Assembly (NCBI GenBank): GCA_964016885.1
Contig: OZ024749.1
Span: 23,126,001 to 23,190,000 of the forward strand
Length of the DNA stretch: 64,000 nt
From: Eledone cirrhosa
Lineage: Eukaryota
Direction of reading: 5' to 3'
This document shows, piece after piece, positions 13,871 through 28,869 of the stretch. The notes beneath the pieces were generated by a model. The model saw only the letters and a program-made list of their open reading frames with translations. It made no database searches and had not been told where the DNA came from. Both the position numbers and the translations under genes were made by a program. Every line of letters starts with the position of its first letter. Position 1 is the stretch's first letter.

Positions 13871-14107
13871 ATAAATATCATAATTTATTGAACTTATTAT
13901 AATATTGAACTGGATCGAGTGCCAGAAATGTGTTTCATTATAGTCAATGTTTCGAGGGAAATTTTGCGGTACTTCCATTGCTCAGCTCAACCGAGACATT
14001 TTGTCAACACATCAATTACGCAGCAATATAACCTCTATAAACATAGACACCATGAATGCTGTTAAGAATCAACGTATATCTAATCTAACACAGTCTCCCG
14101 TTTTGCA

Positions 14108-14229
<122 letters not shown>

Positions 14230-14309
14230 TAAATATATATGAATATATAATATTCAATCTATTGTATAGAAATATATATATATATAGATTATATATATAC
14301 CTATATATC

Positions 14310-14397
<88 letters not shown>

Positions 14398-14441
14398 ATA
14401 TATATGTAAATGTAATCTTAGTTTTTATATTTTTTTTTTAT

Positions 14442-14608
<167 letters not shown>

Positions 14609-14789
14609 TATATATATGAAAATAAAAAAAATATATATAAATATATAAGTATATGAATATATATATATATATATATGAATATACATGATATACATGAATA
14701 TATAGAAAATATCAAGAGAAAGCGATAGGAATCTAGGTGTGTGATATATCTGGGTGGACGATATATATATGAATATATATATATATATA

Positions 14790-14841
<52 letters not shown>

Positions 14842-15217
14842 TGTGCGTGTGTTTGTGTAGTTGTGTGTGTGTTACAGTTGTATGCAATCATGATAGTGTC
14901 TATGATTATTTTAGCACTGGATCTATTGTAGATGTGAATATTCCATGAAAGCACTCTAAACTCTGCTTTATGTAGAAAGACAATGTTGATATATATATCG
15001 TTGTCTATTCAAATCTACCCATTGTTTAATATATACTATTAAACAATCAAAGACTAAACATTGGTTCAATTGATAAAAAAAACTATTCTTTTACTATCGT
15101 TTCTGAATGCAAATTTATCAGTGTGCAGACGAATAAAATGGCAGCCCCGTAAGATTAGACGTGTAAAGTCACATGCACACTTATAGCATGTGTAGTGTGT
15201 ATATTGATATTATACGC

Positions 15218-15270
<53 letters not shown>

Positions 15271-15570
15271 GATATGATACATCAAATAAAATCGTAATTG
15301 ACAATATATAACACAGAAATTGAACGAAGACTTATGTAATCAGTAACGTAATCCATGATACATTAAAAAAGACGATATTATATATAAACTGCATTAGGAG
15401 AAAATTAGTGACGGAAAATAAGTATGTTTATTTAAGCGATCACCACTGGAAGTCTTGACATTTCAGAAATTTTAAATAAATGAATCTTTAAATAAACAAA
15501 ATATATTTAATGAACAGCCACGAAATTTAGTAGATAAATTATGTAATATTCATTCATTATTTATTCAATG

Positions 15571-15760
15571 GGCGGTGGATTGTCAGTATCAGTAGAGGGT
15601 CGGACGCCATGCTTTCCAGCATAGTTACGTCCCCTTACGATCTGAGTTCAAATCCCGCCGAGGTTGACTTTGCCTTTCATCCTTACGGGGTCGATAAAAT
15701 AAAGTACCAGTAATGCACTGGGTAATTGTTGGCCTTGTGCCTAAAGTAGAAACAATTATT
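15571..15760 (+). mobile_element. tRNA-derived SINE, family 1
   Basis: Nearly identical to 30801-30990; Pol III A and B boxes; (ATT) tail. Confidence 0.9.
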
Positions 15761-15924
15761 TATTCAAAGGGAGGAATATGTATTTAATGTTATCAGCTCT
15801 TTAACTTTTGTTATTTTTTTATCCAACTTATTTTACAAACGGGATAAAAAAAATAAACCGTACGCAATCCCGCAGACCTTTTTTTTTATTATAGTTTAGA
15901 TATATATGTCAATCAATTTCTAGT

Positions 15925-16048
<124 letters not shown>

Positions 16049-16483
16049 GTATATATATATGTATGTGTGTCTGTACGTTATGTCCTTCCGCCTGGATTTG
16101 CGACCGACAGAGAGTATTGTCAATTGGGCAGATCAATGGAAACATTGATACCTAGGTCCGATTTCAGTAGCTCCACACCATTAAGCGAATGAGATAGGGG
16201 ATCTTGTCAATAAACTCTCTCTATATATATATGTATATATATTTATATGTGTGTGTGTGTGTTTCAGTGTGTGCGTGCGTGTGTATCTATATATATCAAC
16301 ATATATGATTCCTTGGGGGGATCGGAATATTCTTCATGGAAATATCAATATCGAGTTTAGTCAGCATGTTTTCTTGCTGATGGTTAATTAGGGTACACTA
16401 ATGTCTACAATCTGTATCCCAGGTTCAATCGGGGTTAACCACAGTTATTAAGGTACTCAATACATAGCAGAGTAAATATATTT

Positions 16484-16607
16484 AATATAGAAATGGCTTC
16501 TACAGGACTAGAACGGTTTCATTCAAAGCAAATCATCAGGAATGCCCTTTCCTGGTGATTTCTTTCGAATGAAACAGTGCTAGTCTCGTAGAGGCCATTT
16601 CTATATT
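16484..16607. mobile_element. Fold-back insert of two opposed HHR copies (family shared with 33511-33711)
   Basis: Minus arm 16498-16542: ttc-CTGATGA-...-GAAA-ccgttctagtcctg-TA-gaa. The plus arm is a diverged mirror copy. Confidence 0.7.
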
Positions 16608-16628
16608 ACATATATATATATGCGTATG

Positions 16629-16659
<31 letters not shown>

Positions 16660-16660
16660 T

Positions 16661-17640
16661 AGAATTTGTGCTCTGAAATAGCTATATATATATATGAATG
16701 TATATATAGTGTATTTTGCAATACACTGTATGCTTAATTAAAAGAATTCCGAAGACCTTATGCTATTGTTTTAGAGTGGTGACAGACTCACTTACTTTAA
16801 TTTCAGCAAACAGGGGGAGATAAAGCTGACAAGGTCTTGTTTCGCATTTATTGATGCTTATCAAAGCCAACTACTCCTCCTGTTTGCTGAAATCATGGAT
16901 GTTTGTTTCTTAAAGAATTCTAGTAAATAATTAGGAACTGATTATACAGAGCGGTTGCCGGTCAAGCATAAATTGAAAATTACAATTTGTGCTCTGAAAT
17001 ATCTATATATATATGAATGTATATATAGTGTATTTTGCAATACACTGTATGCTTAATTAAAAGCATTTCGAATACCTTATGCTATTGTTTTAGCGTAGCG
17101 ACAGACTCACTTACTTTAATTTCAGCAAACAGGAGGAGTAGTTGGCTTTGATAAGCATCAATAAATGCGAAACAAGGCCTTGTCAGCTTTATCTCCCCCT
17201 GTTTGCTGAAATTAAAGTAAGTGAGTCTGCCACTACTCTAAAACAATAGCATAAGGTCTTCGAAATGCTTTTAATTAAGCATGCAGTGTATTGCAAAATA
17301 CACTATATATACATTCATATATATATAGCTATTTCAGAGCACAAATTCTAATTTTCAATTTATGCTTGACCGGCAACGGCTCTGTATAATCAGTTCCTGA
17401 TTATTTACTAGAATTCTATAAGAACCAAACATCCATGATTTCAGCAAACAGGATGAGTAGTTGGCTTTGATAAGCATCAATAAATGCGAAACAAGGCCTT
17501 GTCAGCTTTATCTCTCCCTGTTTGCTGAAATTAAAGTAAGTGAGTCTGTCACTACTCTAAACCAATAGCATAACGTCTTCAAAATGCTTTTAATTAAGCA
17601 TACAGTGTATTGCAAAATACACTATATATACATTCATTTA
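16661..17640. mobile_element. ~319-bp tandem HHR units arranged as one large inverted duplication
   Basis: About 1.5 units on each strand, switching at the shared atttcagcaaacagg repeat (~17119-17133). HHR-like motifs at 16824-16868 (-), 17144-17188 (+) and 17463-17507 (+). Confidence 0.85.
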
Positions 17641-18267
17641 TATATATATATATATATATTCATATATCTATGCCAATACAATATGTTTGACAACAAAACT
17701 TTTCGTGTATTTATAATGTCAATACACACACACGTATATATATTCTCACAGACAGAAGCACGAAGACACACATACACATACAATTTCTTAGACAGAAATA
17801 TGACCACACATACATACACACACAAGCCACAAACACGGAGGCTCATATATACACACATTTGCACACCCATGCATACATATGCACACAGACATACATACAC
17901 AACAGTATATTTCTATTTGCTTATATGGTGTTGAAATGTTTGTGTCTCAGCATGACTTTGTGTGTTTGTGTGAGTGTGTTTTACGTATATGACACTACAC
18001 CACGTGCTTTCATGACAGAAGATGTTGATGCAGCTCAGTAAAGGTTATTATCGACCACTTTGCATCGTTCGAAAATCACGCATATTAAGCTAATGATTAT
18101 TGATTACATTAAGGTACGTGTTTTTTTTTGTTTTTTTTTTTTGCTTTTTCATATACATTTATAAAAAGTTATATTTATACTTACATAAGTACATTTATAA
18201 GCACATTTAGATAGTATTCATATATCTATATCTATCTATCTATCCCCCCCTCTCTCTCGCTCTCTCG

Positions 18268-18361
<94 letters not shown>

Positions 18362-18523
18362 ATATATAAATGTACACATATATATATTTCTTTTCCATTG
18401 CTACTCTTCCACAAACTTCTTAATATATATATAAGTGACGCCATTAAGATGAGAGATTAAAAAAAAAAGAATTATCCGCCCCACACACATAAGAGGCAAT
18501 AATAATAATAATAATAATAATAG

Positions 18524-18990
18524 ATAGAAAACGATCAGGTGAAGGTGTTGTGGGATTTTAGGATACAGACGGACAAGAAACTGGAACACAATAGACCTGA
18601 CCTGGTGGTTTTGGACAAGGAAAAAAGATCGTGCCTGATTGTGGATGTGGGCTGCCCATTCAACACGAGAGTGCAATAGAAGGAGATGGAGAAAATTAAC
18701 GGATACCAGGAATTAAAGTGGGAGATAAAAAGGATTTGGAACTGCCATGAAGTCAAAGTGGTCCCGATTGTCATAGGCGCACTAGGTACTATCTCAAGGA
18801 GTTTCCAGGGATGGTTAAAGAAGATTAGTCCAGCTCCGTTTTTTGGAACACTTCAAAAGGCATGCTTGCTGGGAACAGCAAGAAACCTCCGATACGTCCT
18901 GAATATCTGAGATTGCAGGTAGCAGCTTGATATTCATTTCAACAAACTTTCCAGTTAAATAACATCAATGACTGAGAGTCAAAGAACAAT
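18524..18990 (+). mobile_element. R4/Dong-like non-LTR retrotransposon 3' fragment (restriction-like endonuclease)
   Basis: VLWDFRIQTDKKLEHNRPDLVVLDK...IVDVGCP...EK...Y.EL...VVPIVIGALG...LQKACLLGTA with one internal stop. (AAT)n on both sides. Confidence 0.85.
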
Positions 18991-19309
18991 AATAATACTA
19001 AAAATGACGTCATAGAATTTAAAAACAAAATCATTTCACAGCACGTTAGTTATGATCTCACTAGATACCTTAATGTAAGTCTGTCTCCCGTTATATTTTC
19101 GTCACTTGAAGTGTGTCATTTCCTCGTGGCATATAGAAATATATAACGAGGTGAAGGTGGCAGATAAATGGAGGATTTGTGGATATCTTTCATTTACGTT
19201 TTTTTCATGCTTCCTTTCTTTCTTATTTTTAACATAGCCTCGCCATCTTGTTTTGTATATTTTTGATATCTCTTTGTTATTGTTTTCGTTGGAGTCTTCG
19301 TAAGTATTG

Positions 19310-19388
<79 letters not shown>

Positions 19389-19556
19389 TACATATATTTT
19401 TCATTTATCTATACACATAATATATACATATACACACACACATATACCCACAGACATAGACACAAACTAACATATATATATACATATATATATATACACA
19501 TATATATATACACATATTAATCCATCTATCTATATATTTATTTATCTATCTCTCTA

Positions 19557-19746
<190 letters not shown>

Positions 19747-20260
19747 AGGAGGTGAGTTTTATTGTAGTACAATAAAGCAATGCAGATATCGGATAAGAAG
19801 CACTCTACAGTTTGTAGGACTGGAGTATACATAATATATAAGATCAAAAGATGGTTAAAGGAGTTCCATGTATTTTATTATGCGCATTTCAAAAACAAAC
19901 ATCATCATGCAATAATATTTGTGTTTTCATCAGATAAAACAGGAGAACATGATAAGAAGGCTAAAAAACACTTGTGGATAGTGCAGTTTTAAATCAACAT
20001 ATGAAAAGTAGTTTTAGATTGATGTGTGATATTGGGAAAAATATTTTATTTAGAGAGAGGGGGGGGGGTGAAAAAAGGGGAGGAGATGAGATTGAAGGTG
20101 GAGAGGGAGAGATGGGTGATAGAGAGAAAGAGATAGTTTTTATAACTGAGAGAAGATATATTGTTTTACATAGAGAGGTTGAAAACCGTTGGAAGATAAT
20201 GTATAAATTAAAAGAATTTGAAAATTAACGAAGGGAAAAATATGTACGAGGAAAAAAAAT

Positions 20261-22054
20261 AGATTAATCGCCCCCTCTAAATCTGATCTGGGGGTTGTTA
20301 GTAAAGCCATCTTGGATAGAATTATCCCACAGGTTAGTTCTAATTGCTCTTCTTTGAACCTAAATTTATGGTTTGGTACTTTTGAAGTGATTGGCTGGTT
20401 CAACAAATTGGATAATAAAAACAAACTAAAATTTATTCAATTTGATATTGCCAGCTACTATTCCTCCATTTTGCCTTCACTTCTCAATAATGCTCTATCT
20501 TTCGCACTTAAATATTCTGACATCACCACAGATGAACTTCACATCATCCTCACCGCACGTAAAACCATCCTAGAGTTCAACAACGAATATTGGACCAGAG
20601 CCGATACCTCTAACAACTTCGACATCACAATGGGAGCATCCGATTCATCCCAATTGACTGATTTAATTGGTATCTTTATTTTGAACTCTTTGAGTCGGAA
20701 AATTCCTCAACTTCGCGGTGGAATTTATCGTGACGATGGACTCTTTACTATCTTAAATTGCAATATAGTTAACCTTAATATTATTAAGAACAACATACGT
20801 AATCTCTTTAACCAACATAACCTAAAAATTGAATTTGATAATAGTATCAAACTAGCTAATTTCTTGGATGTATCTCTTAATCTTGACACTGGCCTATATT
20901 ACCATAAAAACAATGAAAACCTAAATTATGTTAACTTTAAATCTAACCATCCTACCAATATCAAGAATGCTATAGTTAGTAATATTGGAAAAATAATATC
21001 TAACATATCTTCTAATAAAAACATCTTTGATGCTAACGCCAATTACTATAATAACGCACTTTCTAAAGCCGGTTATCCAGATACAATCAAATATAGTTAA
21101 GAAACAAATTCTAGAAGAAATTACAGTAGAATAATTAATCATGATCATTCCAATCACTTTAATGAAAGACCTAGATACAAAAACATAATCTGGTATAATG
21201 CTCCTTTCTCCATCTCTATTAATAACAATATTCCTAAATTATTTTTTAGTGCCTTAAATAAATGCTTCCCTCCCACACATATCTATAGTAAAATATTTAA
21301 CAAACACACCATCAACATTTCTTATTCTACATCCTCCAATATTTCCAACATTATCTCTAAACACAACAATAAAATACTAAATACTAAATCTCTTCCTTCC
21401 AACATTGAATTTCATAATAACAGTAATAGTACTCCCGACGTCATTGTAAACCCTAGGCTAACTTCTGTAAACCCAAATACAACGTCAAACACAACTTCGC
21501 TAAATGTTCATAATCCAACTCTAAATCAAGAAACTATTATTCCTATTATTCCTATCGCAAACAACTTCTCCAATCCAATTCCTTCTATAGATAACACTAG
21601 GTCACTCATTAATAATCTCTCTAATTGCAACTGCCGCATTAAAAATAGATGTCCTCTCAACAACCATTGTTTTGATAAAAACTTAATTTATGAATGTAAA
21701 GTTATAACTAGCACCAATTCCTTCACCTATTTTGCCTCCACTTCAACCTCTTTTAAAGCTCGTCTCTATAATCATCATTCATCTTTTAAATACAAACTTA
21801 AAAAATCCAACACGGCTCTATCAGAACTCATATGGTCCTTGAAAGACAAAAACATTAAATATACCATCTTTTGGAAGAAGGTTTCTTCTGCGTCCTCATA
21901 CTTGAACAGCTCTCTATCTAAAATCTGTAATCTCTGCCTAAATGAAAAATTTACCATTATCTCTAATCTAGATTCTATAATAAATAGACGTACAGATTTG
22001 TTTTCTATCTGCCTGCATAAATTCCATAGGACTTTTCACAAAGTATACAGCTAA
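20261..22054 (+). pseudogene. PLE RT + GIY-YIG with a single in-frame TAA at 21098-21100
   Basis: RLIAPSKSDLG...QFDIASYY...MGASDS...YRDD. The same frame resumes with WYNAPF...CNCRIKNRCPLNNHC...NLIY...CNLC...CLH. Confidence 0.9.
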
Positions 22055-23094
22055 TATTCAATTCTTTATCAATTTAGAATCTTTTCTCAAAGGCACATAT
22101 ACACACACCTCTTTAAATTATACCCATCTTCCTACCTTACTTCAAAGGGCATTATACACTCTATTATACTTGTTTACTCATTACCCTCATTCTATCTTCA
22201 CCTTGTAAAATCCTTCATAACATATACATTTGTTTTTTTGACGTTAGAATATTCATCCGCAATTATTATTTTTTTCACTCCATCATCAAACTTTTTAATC
22301 TCAATACATTAACTCCCTCTCCTCCTTTTGACGCTAGAATATTCATTCTTAATACATATTAACTCTTTCTTCGCACATATTATCAATTCCTTCAATATAC
22401 AAATTTTTTCTCTTCATTAATTTTGAAATTGCCATAATACTTATAAACATACACCTTTTTGACGTTAGAATATTCATCCGCGATTATTATTTTTTCTCTC
22501 TATCTTCAAACTTTTTAATCTCAATTTTTAATCTCAATACATATCAACTCCCTCTCTTTCCTCGTACATATTTTTTCCTTTCGTTAATTTTCAAATTCTT
22601 TTAATTTATACATTATCTTCCAACGGTTCTCAACCTCTCTATGTAAAACAATATATCTCTTCTCAGTTATAAAAACTATCTCTTTCTCTGTATCACCCAT
22701 CTCTCCCTCTCCACCTTCACTCTCATCTCCTCCCCTTTTTTCACCCTTTCCACCCCCTCTCTAAATAAAATTTTTTTTTTTCCTCGTACATATTTTTCCC
22801 TTCGTTAATTTTCAAATTCTTTTAATTTATACATTATCTTCCAACGGTTTTCAACCTCTCTATGTAAAACAATATATCTTCTCTCAGTTATAAAAACTAT
22901 CTATTTCTCTCTATCACCCATCTCTCCCTCTCCACCTTCACTCTCATCTCCTCCCCTTTTTTCATCCTTCCCCCCCCTCTCTAAATAAAATATATTTCCC
23001 AATATCACACATCAATCTAAAACTAATTTTCATATGTTGATTTAAAACTGCACTATCCACAAGTGTTTTTTAGCCTTCATATCATGTTCTCCTG

Positions 23095-23161
23095 TTTTAT
23101 CTGATGAAAACACAAATATTATTGCATGATGATGTTTGTTTTTGAAATGCGCATAATAAAA
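23095..23161 (+). ncRNA. Type I hammerhead ribozyme (PLE2 pLTR); inverted copy at 19873-19939
   Basis: ttttat-CTGATGA-aaac...gttttt-GAAA-tgcgca-TA-ataaaa. Confidence 0.85.
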
Positions 23162-23195
23162 TACATGGAACTCCTTTAACCATCTTTTGATCTTA

Positions 23196-23446
<251 letters not shown>

Positions 23447-23496
23447 TGGCGCACCGTTTCAAAAATATACTTAGAGGTTTACGTTTATAATTTGCT

Positions 23497-23798
<302 letters not shown>

Positions 23799-24117
23799 CA
23801 TATATATATAATATATATAGCTACCTGAATATTGATGTATAGGAGTCATAATTTAATAAATATATCTTTTGACGCTGTGTGTAATGTATATTTATTTATT
23901 TGATGTTGTTGTTGTTATTGTTGGTGGTGGTTTTTATCTTTACGATGGATCACGAACAATTAATATCATTTACTCTGATACAGAATAAAATAAATAAATA
24001 ATAACTATAAAATATAATATCTATACCTACACACATATAGACACGCACACATATTTATATTATATAAGTATTACTGTATATACATATACCTAAATATCTC
24101 TACATATACATATATAC

Positions 24118-24198
<81 letters not shown>

Positions 24199-24287
24199 TA
24201 TATATATATAGATATATATAAACATATATATATATGAACATATATATACATATATATATATATGAACATATACATATATATATAAAC

Positions 24288-24367
<80 letters not shown>

Positions 24368-24382
24368 TTATATATATGAACA

Positions 24383-24423
<41 letters not shown>

Positions 24424-24635
24424 ATAAACATATATATATACAATATATTAACAAATGGAAACTATATTTATAAAACCATATCTATTTCATTATACATATT
24501 TCAAGGGCCACCAGAGCAAACTATGGTGCGCTTTCATTAGATAAAATATAATATAGGTTAGTTTTATAAATAAATATTGACATACACTTAAAAACCTCTA
24601 TATACATACTCTTAAATATAACCTCTACATATATA

Positions 24636-24672
<37 letters not shown>

Positions 24673-24816
24673 GCATAAACATAAACATATATATATACAT
24701 ATGTATATATATAAAGATATATATATATATATATATATATACTTATGTATATATATAAACATATATATATATATATATATATAAATTACTTTTTCGCTCT
24801 ACATGGCTGAATACAA

Positions 24817-25060
24817 TAAATGCAATCTGAGTTTTTTGAATATTAATAATAACATTCGATTCGTTTGCAATTATGCAAACAAGCCTAAATGTCATAGCCA
24901 TGTCAGTAGAATGAACCCTTCACTCTTGCTCTTGTAATGGAATGCCAACACAAGAGCAACAATGAGGGCTTCATTCTATTGCCATGGCTATAAAATTGAG
25001 AGTTGTTTGCAAACGAATCAAATGTTATTATTAATATAAAAAAAATTCAGATTACATTTA
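24817..25060. repeat. Imperfect ~245-bp palindrome (old fold-back or MITE-like)
   Basis: Arms mirror around a short loop near 24935-24950. Confidence 0.75.
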
Positions 25061-25072
25061 TATATATATATA

Positions 25073-25504
25073 TAATAATATATAAGATCAAAAGATGGTT
25101 AAAAGAGTTCCATGTATTTTATTATGCGCATTTCATAAACAAATATCATCATGCAATAACATTTGCGTTTTCATGAGATAAAATAGGGAGACATGATATG
25201 AAGGTTAAAACACACTTGTGAATAGTGCAGATTTAAATCAACATATGTTTATTTAAAACTGCACTATTCACAAGTGTTTTTTTAGCCTTCATATCATGTC
25301 TCCCTATTTTATCTCACGAAAACGCAAATGTTATTGCATGATGATATTTGTTTTTGAAATGCGCATAATAAAATACATGGAACTCTTTTAACCATCTTTT
25401 GATCTTATATATTATTATTTATACTCCAGGCCTACAAACTGTAGAGTGCTCCTCATCCGATATCTGCATTGCTTTATTGTACTAAAATAAAACTCACCTC
25501 CTAC
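25073..25504 (+). mobile_element. Solo fold-back of the PLE2-family pLTR
   Basis: ~170-bp arms centred on aacatatgtt (25240-25249). HHR core reads ctcatga / ctcacga in the two arms. Confidence 0.85.
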
Positions 25505-25537
25505 ATATATATATATATATATATTTATAGATTCATA

Positions 25538-25617
<80 letters not shown>

Positions 25618-25627
25618 AACATATATA

Positions 25628-25735
<108 letters not shown>

Positions 25736-27222
25736 CCTAATTAAAAAAAATATGTACACTAGAATCCATTATCCTAATGGACGCTGTTTTTATGTTCTAT
25801 GTCTTTATATACTTCTTCCTTTCTCTCTTTCTTTCCTTTTGAGTATTTTACGTACTAAATATCACTTTATCTATTACATCTACTTCAAGTTGTCCTCCCT
25901 TTTAATTATCAATTTGCTTATGTACACACTGAGAACACCAATAGCTGAATGGCCGAACGTCCGAATGGATAGATTACGTGGGTTGTTAAGCTGGATAAGC
26001 TGTGGAGAACACTAATGAGTGAATGGCCATTTAAGCCCTCCTCCAAATAAGAGACGAAAAAAAGAATGACCGAATGGATAGTCGGTTGACAACTTGTTGA
26101 GAACATTAATGAGTGAATGGCCGTTTAATAAAAAAAGCAAATACTAAACAAAAACAAAAAAAAACAAAAAAAACAAACAAAAAATAATGACCGAATGACC
26201 TAATGGAAAGAATATGTGGGTAGACAACCTGTTGAGAAATCACAATCTGACATATTTAAGAACACGAATGACCGACCGAATGGCCGAAAAACCGAATGAC
26301 CGTATGACGGAATGAGTTGTATCGCGTGTTTGTAGATTTCCATCATACATCGTCTATAATGGAAGGAATGTTTCGATATATACATAAATAGATTAATTGA
26401 TTGAGTAACTAATGAATCGATTACCCTATGTACTCGTATATAGGTCGCACGCATTCCTACCAAAATGCTTCGTGAAAAACCAGCATAACTCTTATTTACT
26501 TGATCTTAAAACCTTCAAAATATATTCAAAATATATTGCATCAAGTGACAAAACAAGCATGCGTCTTATCTAATTGATCTAAAAAACCTCAACATTTATT
26601 GAAAATATATAGTACATTGTGAAAAACAGACACGCTTCTTATCTACTTGAACTGATCAAACTCAAAATATATTGTATCTTGTATATGTTCAGGTAGGAGT
26701 TTGTTTTCTCAGTTGCTTAACGGCAACGAAACTCTAAAATAATGAGGTCAAATAAACATATAATTTTATCCGGATAATAAACAGGGTTCCCTAAACAAAT
26801 GCATGGTGGATCGGCCGGAAAAAACTATCGTGTTCACCTATGACTGTGAGTTTAGCTTAGAGCTCATATATTTGAGAATTTGAATCGGTCATGTGTGATG
26901 TCGATATATAGGGATCAGCTGACATAGAAAAGAACATCACCACATACCGCCGGTCTCTTATATCCTAAAAGGAAAATAACGTTTTCGAGGGCATATTCTC
27001 AATACTTTTGAATAATCTGAAAAAAAAGAAATTAGTTTTTATTAGTAGTGTTTTTAAGATTTCTCTACCATCTGAGCAGCTCAGTATAGTGGAGTGGGTA
27101 GAGCAGCTCAGTATAGTGGAGTGGGTAGGAAGAAAAGTACCTAGCGGTTAACCTCATGGCGATAAAAATAAACCTGAATACTACTGCTTATAGACTTCCA
27201 TATATATATATATATATATATA

Positions 27223-28044
27223 CATATAAAGGTTTACATATATATATAAAGTCATAAATATATGTGTTTTGCAACGGGTCACTTTGTGGCTCAATGAAGA
27301 ATTAATAAATTAAATAATCAGAGCTAATTGGGAGAGGAAACGGTATATATTATATATGGTGATTCTATAGACATGTTTTATGATATATAGCTCTGATTAT
27401 TTAATTTATTAATTCTTCATTGAGCCACAAAGTGACCCGTTGCAAAACACATATATATTTATGACTTTATATATATATATATATATGTAAACCTTTATAT
27501 GTAATAATCTCCCGTTAGGTTGAGATACAATTTTGGCTGTATTGGGCTGCGCTTTCTAGCAAAAAGCCTACCAGCCGTAAGCAACTAATCACATCCTTTC
27601 TAACTTGACCGCTGCCACGTCACGATTCTTAGCCATTTTTTAATGTATTCTTGGCGAGATCACTTTGGAAAATTAATTGTCTAAATTTGAGCTAACTTCC
27701 TGAAGAATCCGAAGCTCTAGATATCCAATGTTATGGGATGTCTTAAAATGCGGATGAAACCATGGTAGAGGTAATTAAATATGTACACTTTTCTTCTATT
27801 TTATTTTACACCTAATTCTGTTTAGTTGACTGTATATCTGGTCGATTCATACATGCTGTCGAAATATTGATAAATAATACGTCGTAACCGCCGCGAAGGG
27901 GCTGCTTTCGGTTATTCATCGGAGATTTCTTCATAGGAGTCTTTATTCTTATAGCTTGGTCTAATTGATCTTTTATATGGTTAATTATGCTAATTGGGAG
28001 AGGAAACGGTATATATTATATCTGGTGATTCTATAGACATGTTT

Positions 28045-28047
<3 letters not shown>
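27223..28047 (+). mobile_element. ~660-bp HHR repeat, copy B (1.1 units plus 5' inverted arm)
   Basis: ~27322-27381 recurs at ~27989-28047; 27223-27325 is inverted relative to 27388-27501. HHR at 27696-27771. Confidence 0.85.
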
Positions 28048-28085
<38 letters not shown>

Positions 28086-28089
<4 letters not shown>

Positions 28090-28831
28090 CGAAACATAAG
28101 TCAATTGCATGAACTCATAATCCTTTATTTACTGCTAAATATATTTCGAGGATAGCCATTGAATGGCTATGATCTCATCAGGCAGTTAGTCAGTTCTTAG
28201 ATATGACAGCTCTGTGTGTATAGTGTTGATGGTATACGAGCCTTGGGACATATGAGCTTGTTAGGAATACTTTGATGTTGTCAGCAGGAATGGTCTTGAT
28301 TCTCATTGGTCAGTTTGTAGATGGTAGTAGGTTGGTAATTGACCTCAAAGGGGCAGGTGGTTTTGTGAGGTTCAAACCATCAGGCAAGATAACAATAGTT
28401 CCACATGACTGATTTTCACAAAAGGCATTCTTGGTCAGATATATTTTCAAATAAGGTTAATAGTATGAAATAGATACTACAGGTCATTCTTAAATTGAGG
28501 AATTTATGTAGAGTGGTGCTACTGAAAATTATGGTTGGAGTAGAGAGTTTACAAATAAAAAGGCTTATGTAGGTTGGCTTGCACTACACTCACATCCACC
28601 CCACAGACACACACACACATCAACACATACAAAAAGTGGGGTGGTAATATTTAATATAATGGTTAGAGTCCAATACTTAGATAGTTTAGAAAATTTAGAA
28701 ATAAAAGGTTTATGCTGGTTCACTTGTACATACACTCACACCTACCACCTCAAACACTCACACATCTACACACACAAATCCATACAGGTGTGTATATATA
28801 TATATGCATGCATGCATTTACGCACAAGTAT

Positions 28832-28869
<38 letters not shown>

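Noticed and set aside
15571-15660. tRNA genes
   Set aside because: A and B boxes are present but there is no convincing cloverleaf, and each is followed by a SINE body and tail.
21098-21100. Recoded stop or selenocysteine in a Naiad-like PLE
   Set aside because: The stop is TAA in a variable linker, not TGA at a conserved Cys. Linker and EN cysteines in PLE1, PLE2 and PLE5 are ordinary Cys codons.
27074-27129. 27-bp tandem duplication gagcagctcagtatagtggagtgggta
   Set aside because: A simple local duplication with no further structure.
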